A stretch of 64,000 bases of DNA from Nitrospirota bacterium (GTDB lineage Bacteria; Nitrospirota; JACRHJ01): assembly GCA_963845245.1 (NCBI GenBank), contig CAWJRJ010000017.1, forward strand, positions 64,001 to 128,000, in the 5' to 3' direction. The number at the start of each line of letters is the position of its first letter. Within the stretch, counting starts at the first letter, position 1. Position numbers and translations under genes: made by a program. Of this stretch, positions 60,013 through 64,000 are shown one piece after another. The notes beneath the pieces were generated by a model. It saw only the letters and a list, made by a program, of their open reading frames with translations, was not told where the DNA came from and did not search any database.

Positions 60013-60750
60013 ATGGAATTTTCGGTGTTGCTTTCAATTATTTTCACGGCCATGGCTTACGGTGCCGGGTTAATATTAGTCTTCGGCTTTTTCTCCAAAG
60101 TAACAAAATACGCCAAGACCCCGTCCCCCTTAAAGATACCGACCACACCCGCACCGACCACCGGTGCCGGAGTTGTATTAAGGGTATTCAACGACGTCGT
60201 TTTTTTCAACAGCCTGTTCAAGGGCAACAAGTGGACATGGTTCGGCGGCGTGGTCTTTCACTGGTCATTCCTCTTCGTAATAATCAGACATCTACGATAT
60301 TTCATTTACCCGGTACCGGCATGGGTCATGAGCATGCAGAATATAGGCATATACGCGGGCTATGTGCTCCCGGTTGCCGTTTTGTACCTGCTCATGAGGA
60401 GGACCACAGTCGACAGGACGGTCTTCATCTCCTCGCTCCCGGACTACTTCGTTTTGGCGCTTATATTCGGGATAGCCACTACCGGCATCCTTATGAAATA
60501 TTATGTCAGGCCGTTCATGGTCGACGTCAAGGGCTTTGTCTTCGGTCTGGTGACCGGAAACTTCTCAGTCGTCCCCCTGGATCCGGTCTTCCTGCTGCAC
60601 TTGACCCTTGTATCATTGCTTCTGGTCTACTTCCCGTTCAGCAAGCTTATGCATGCGGGCGGTATCTTCTTCAGCCCGACCAGAACCCAGGTAGACAACT
60701 CGAGAGAGAAGAAACACGTTAACCCCTGGTCAACAAACCTGAGCGCGTAA
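60013..60750 (+). CDS. dsrM: DsrM membrane b-type cytochrome (NarI family)
   Basis: PLKIPTTPAP, FNSLFK, FH..RHLRYF, H..YFPFSKLMH..FSPTR. Confidence 0.93.
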   Translation: MEFSVLLSIIFTAMAYGAGLILVFGFFSKVTKYAKTPSPLKIPTTPAPTTGAGVVLRVFNDVVFFNSLFKGNKWTWFGGVVFHWSFLFVIIRHLRYFIYPVPAWVMSMQNIGIYAGYVLPVAVLYLLMRRTTVDRTVFISSLPDYFVLALIFGIATTGILMKYYVRPFMVDVKGFVFGLVTGNFSVVPLDPVFLLHLTLVSLLLVYFPFSKLMHAGGIFFSPTRTQVDNSREKKHVNPWSTNLSA

Positions 60751-60761
60751 GGAGAAAAAAA

Positions 60762-62272
<1,511 letters not shown>

Positions 62273-62273
<1 letters not shown>

Positions 62274-62572
62274 TGAGGACTACTTTGAACCTGATACTGG
62301 CCTCGTTCCTCTTCCTTGTCCTCCTTGGCGGTTGCCAGAAGGTCGCCAAGCCCGAACTGAAAGGCAAGGGACCGCTTGCATTGAAGCTCCCCGAGGGGAT
62401 ACTGTCTCCGGAATACCACCAGCCGGTGGAGTACTGGAAGCAGCACCATATGGACATCCTCCTCAGGGGCGATTACAGCAAGCAGGAGTGCATGCTCTGC
62501 CACGACGTTCACACATCCTGCAATAATTGCCATGATTACGTGGGCGTGAAAAGAGTCGAGGGTTACGAATAA
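62273..62572 (+). CDS. dsrJ: short DsrJ-like diheme cytochrome c lipoprotein
   Basis: ATG overlaps dsrK stop; lipobox LGGC; HHMDIL..CMLCH..CNNCHDYVGV. Confidence 0.6.
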
Positions 62573-62614
62573 AAGACGCAAAGGTCTTTAATCCAGAGAC
62601 AGGAGCCTTTATAA

Positions 62615-63091
62615 ATGGAAGAGAAGAAAGAAACTACCGAAGCTATACACGAAGAAGCCCACGGCGGCGGTAAGCAACTTACCAACCGCAGACAGTTCCT
62701 GGGGGCCTTCGCAGGTATCGTGGGCGCAGTCGGGGCCGGCATCGTCGGCGTACCCTTGCTGGCCTCCTTCAAGCCGGTCCAGAGGGGCAAGCCGGAGCCT
62801 GCCGTCCTCAACCTGGATGACATTCCGGTTGACGGCTTTGTTCAGGGCGTTTTTGCCGGCATCCCGTTCCTGGCCTTTAACAGGAAGGCTGGTTTTGAGT
62901 GTATTTCGCTCAAGTGTTCTCACCTTGGATGCCTGGTGAAATGGACCGAAGCTGAAAAGAAGTTCAAATGCCCCTGCCACGACGGCTGGTTCGACGAGCA
63001 CGGCATAAACAAGGGCGGACCGCCTCCCGCGCCGCTCGATAAACTCGAGTTCAAGATTGCCGGCGACAAGCTGATAGTTGGAGGTGCATAG
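62615..63091 (+). CDS. qcrA: Rieske 2Fe-2S subunit of a Rieske/cytochrome b complex
   Basis: Tat motif NRRQFL, TM helix, CSHLGC, CPCHDG, GPPPAPL. Confidence 0.9.
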   Translation: MEEKKETTEAIHEEAHGGGKQLTNRRQFLGAFAGIVGAVGAGIVGVPLLASFKPVQRGKPEPAVLNLDDIPVDGFVQGVFAGIPFLAFNRKAGFECISLKCSHLGCLVKWTEAEKKFKCPCHDGWFDEHGINKGGPPPAPLDKLEFKIAGDKLIVGGA

Positions 63092-63750
63092 TGATAAACA
63101 AGATAATAGAGTGGGTTGACTCAAGGACCGGCATCAAGGAACTCCTTGATGACGAGGTGTTCTCCAAAAAGGCACCGAAGATCGGCAAGTGGTACGAGTT
63201 CTTCGGCTGCTTCGGAGGTATGTCACTTATCCTGTTCATAATACAGGTGCTGACTGGCACGTTCCTCCTCATATACTACACCCCGTCGCCTACGGAGGCA
63301 TTCTCAAGCGTCGTGTTCATTGACAACGGCGTCGTCTTCGGCTGGCTGTTCAGGAGGATCCACGCGGTCGGCGCGAACGTCATGATACTGCTGGTCATGA
63401 TACACATGATCAAGGTGATAATCACAGGCGCGTACAAGGCGCCGAGGGAGTTCCACTGGATATCCGGGTTCGTCCTTCTGATGCTCACAATGGTCATGGG
63501 CATCTCCGGCTACCTGCTACCCTGGACGCAGCTTTCATTCTGGGCGGTCACGGTCCTCACGACCTCGTTCTCCGTCATGCCGGTCATAGGCCCGGACATG
63601 ATGAAGATAATCAGGGGCGCGGACGCGGTCAGCGGGGCGACGCTCGGCAGGTTCTTTGCGTTGCACCTTTTCCTGCCGGTCGTAATGTCAGCATTCCTGG
63701 GTTTCCATTTCATGATGATCAAGAAGTCCGGCATCCAGGAAAATCTCTAG
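63091..63750 (+). CDS. qcrB: cytochrome b6-type N-terminal subunit (split cytochrome b)
   Basis: GCFGG (heme ci Cys), QVLTG, RIH..H, GYLLPW, RFFALH..H; 219 aa. Confidence 0.92.
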   Translation: MINKIIEWVDSRTGIKELLDDEVFSKKAPKIGKWYEFFGCFGGMSLILFIIQVLTGTFLLIYYTPSPTEAFSSVVFIDNGVVFGWLFRRIHAVGANVMILLVMIHMIKVIITGAYKAPREFHWISGFVLLMLTMVMGISGYLLPWTQLSFWAVTVLTTSFSVMPVIGPDMMKIIRGADAVSGATLGRFFALHLFLPVVMSAFLGFHFMMIKKSGIQENL

Positions 63751-63768
63751 AAGAGGGGTGACAAGAGG

Positions 63769-64000
63769 ATGAAATACAATAAAAGCAATTGGAAAGGCGA
63801 GCTTGAGCCGTTCTTTCCAAACGATGTGATAGACAAGGGTGTAATCGTAAGCATAGTGCTGGGTGTGTTCCTTCTAATAGCCTTCTTCTACCCGGGGCTG
63901 TTTCTGCCGCCGGAGATGCCGGCTGATTCCACGAACACCCCGCTGGCGGTCAAGCCCGAGTGGTACTTCCTCGCGGCGTACCAGACTCTCAAGCTGTTCC
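63769..64000 (+). CDS. cytochrome b subunit IV (PetD-like), truncated by window end
   Basis: manual translation MKYNKSNW..PFFPND..NTPLAVKPEWYFLAAYQ; PEWY Qo motif. Confidence 0.9.
   Translation, partial: MKYNKSNWKGELEPFFPNDVIDKGVIVSIVLGVFLLIAFFYPGLFLPPEMPADSTNTPLAVKPEWYFLAAYQTLKLF

Overview
Bacterial chromosomal window with GC-rich core genes and several AT-rich inserts, probably origin-proximal (perfect parS palindrome at 7796-7811). The gene content suggests an anaerobic or microaerophilic sulfur-metabolising organism: a RACo-type corrinoid activator, rubrerythrin-like and hemerythrin proteins, an octaheme cytochrome, and dsrN-dsrC-dsrM-dsrK-dsrJ-like genes whose DsrC/DsrK resemble the sulfur-oxidiser type. 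About ten genes carry single-base frameshifts, most likely long-read assembly errors, so they are reported as CDS. Highlights: (1) a radical SAM/SPASM enzyme with an RRE-like N-terminus whose stop overlaps an unannotated 20-aa Cys-rich ORF (MTITKVAKAASSTCKCKSSC) with its own RBS and terminator, a candidate new RiPP system; (2) a dsrC-M-K-J operon continuing into a Rieske/cytochrome b6/subunit IV complex where dsrO/dsrP normally lie; (3) a tRNA-Lys(CTT) whose 3' end plus terminator is repeated twice downstream, delimiting small integrase-less islets; (4) an AT-rich helicase/nuclease island abutting the 5' end of radA; (5) an unannotated Flp pilin. No CRISPR array, rRNA, transposase or integrase was seen. 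Family assignments are by motif recognition only; no database searches were run.
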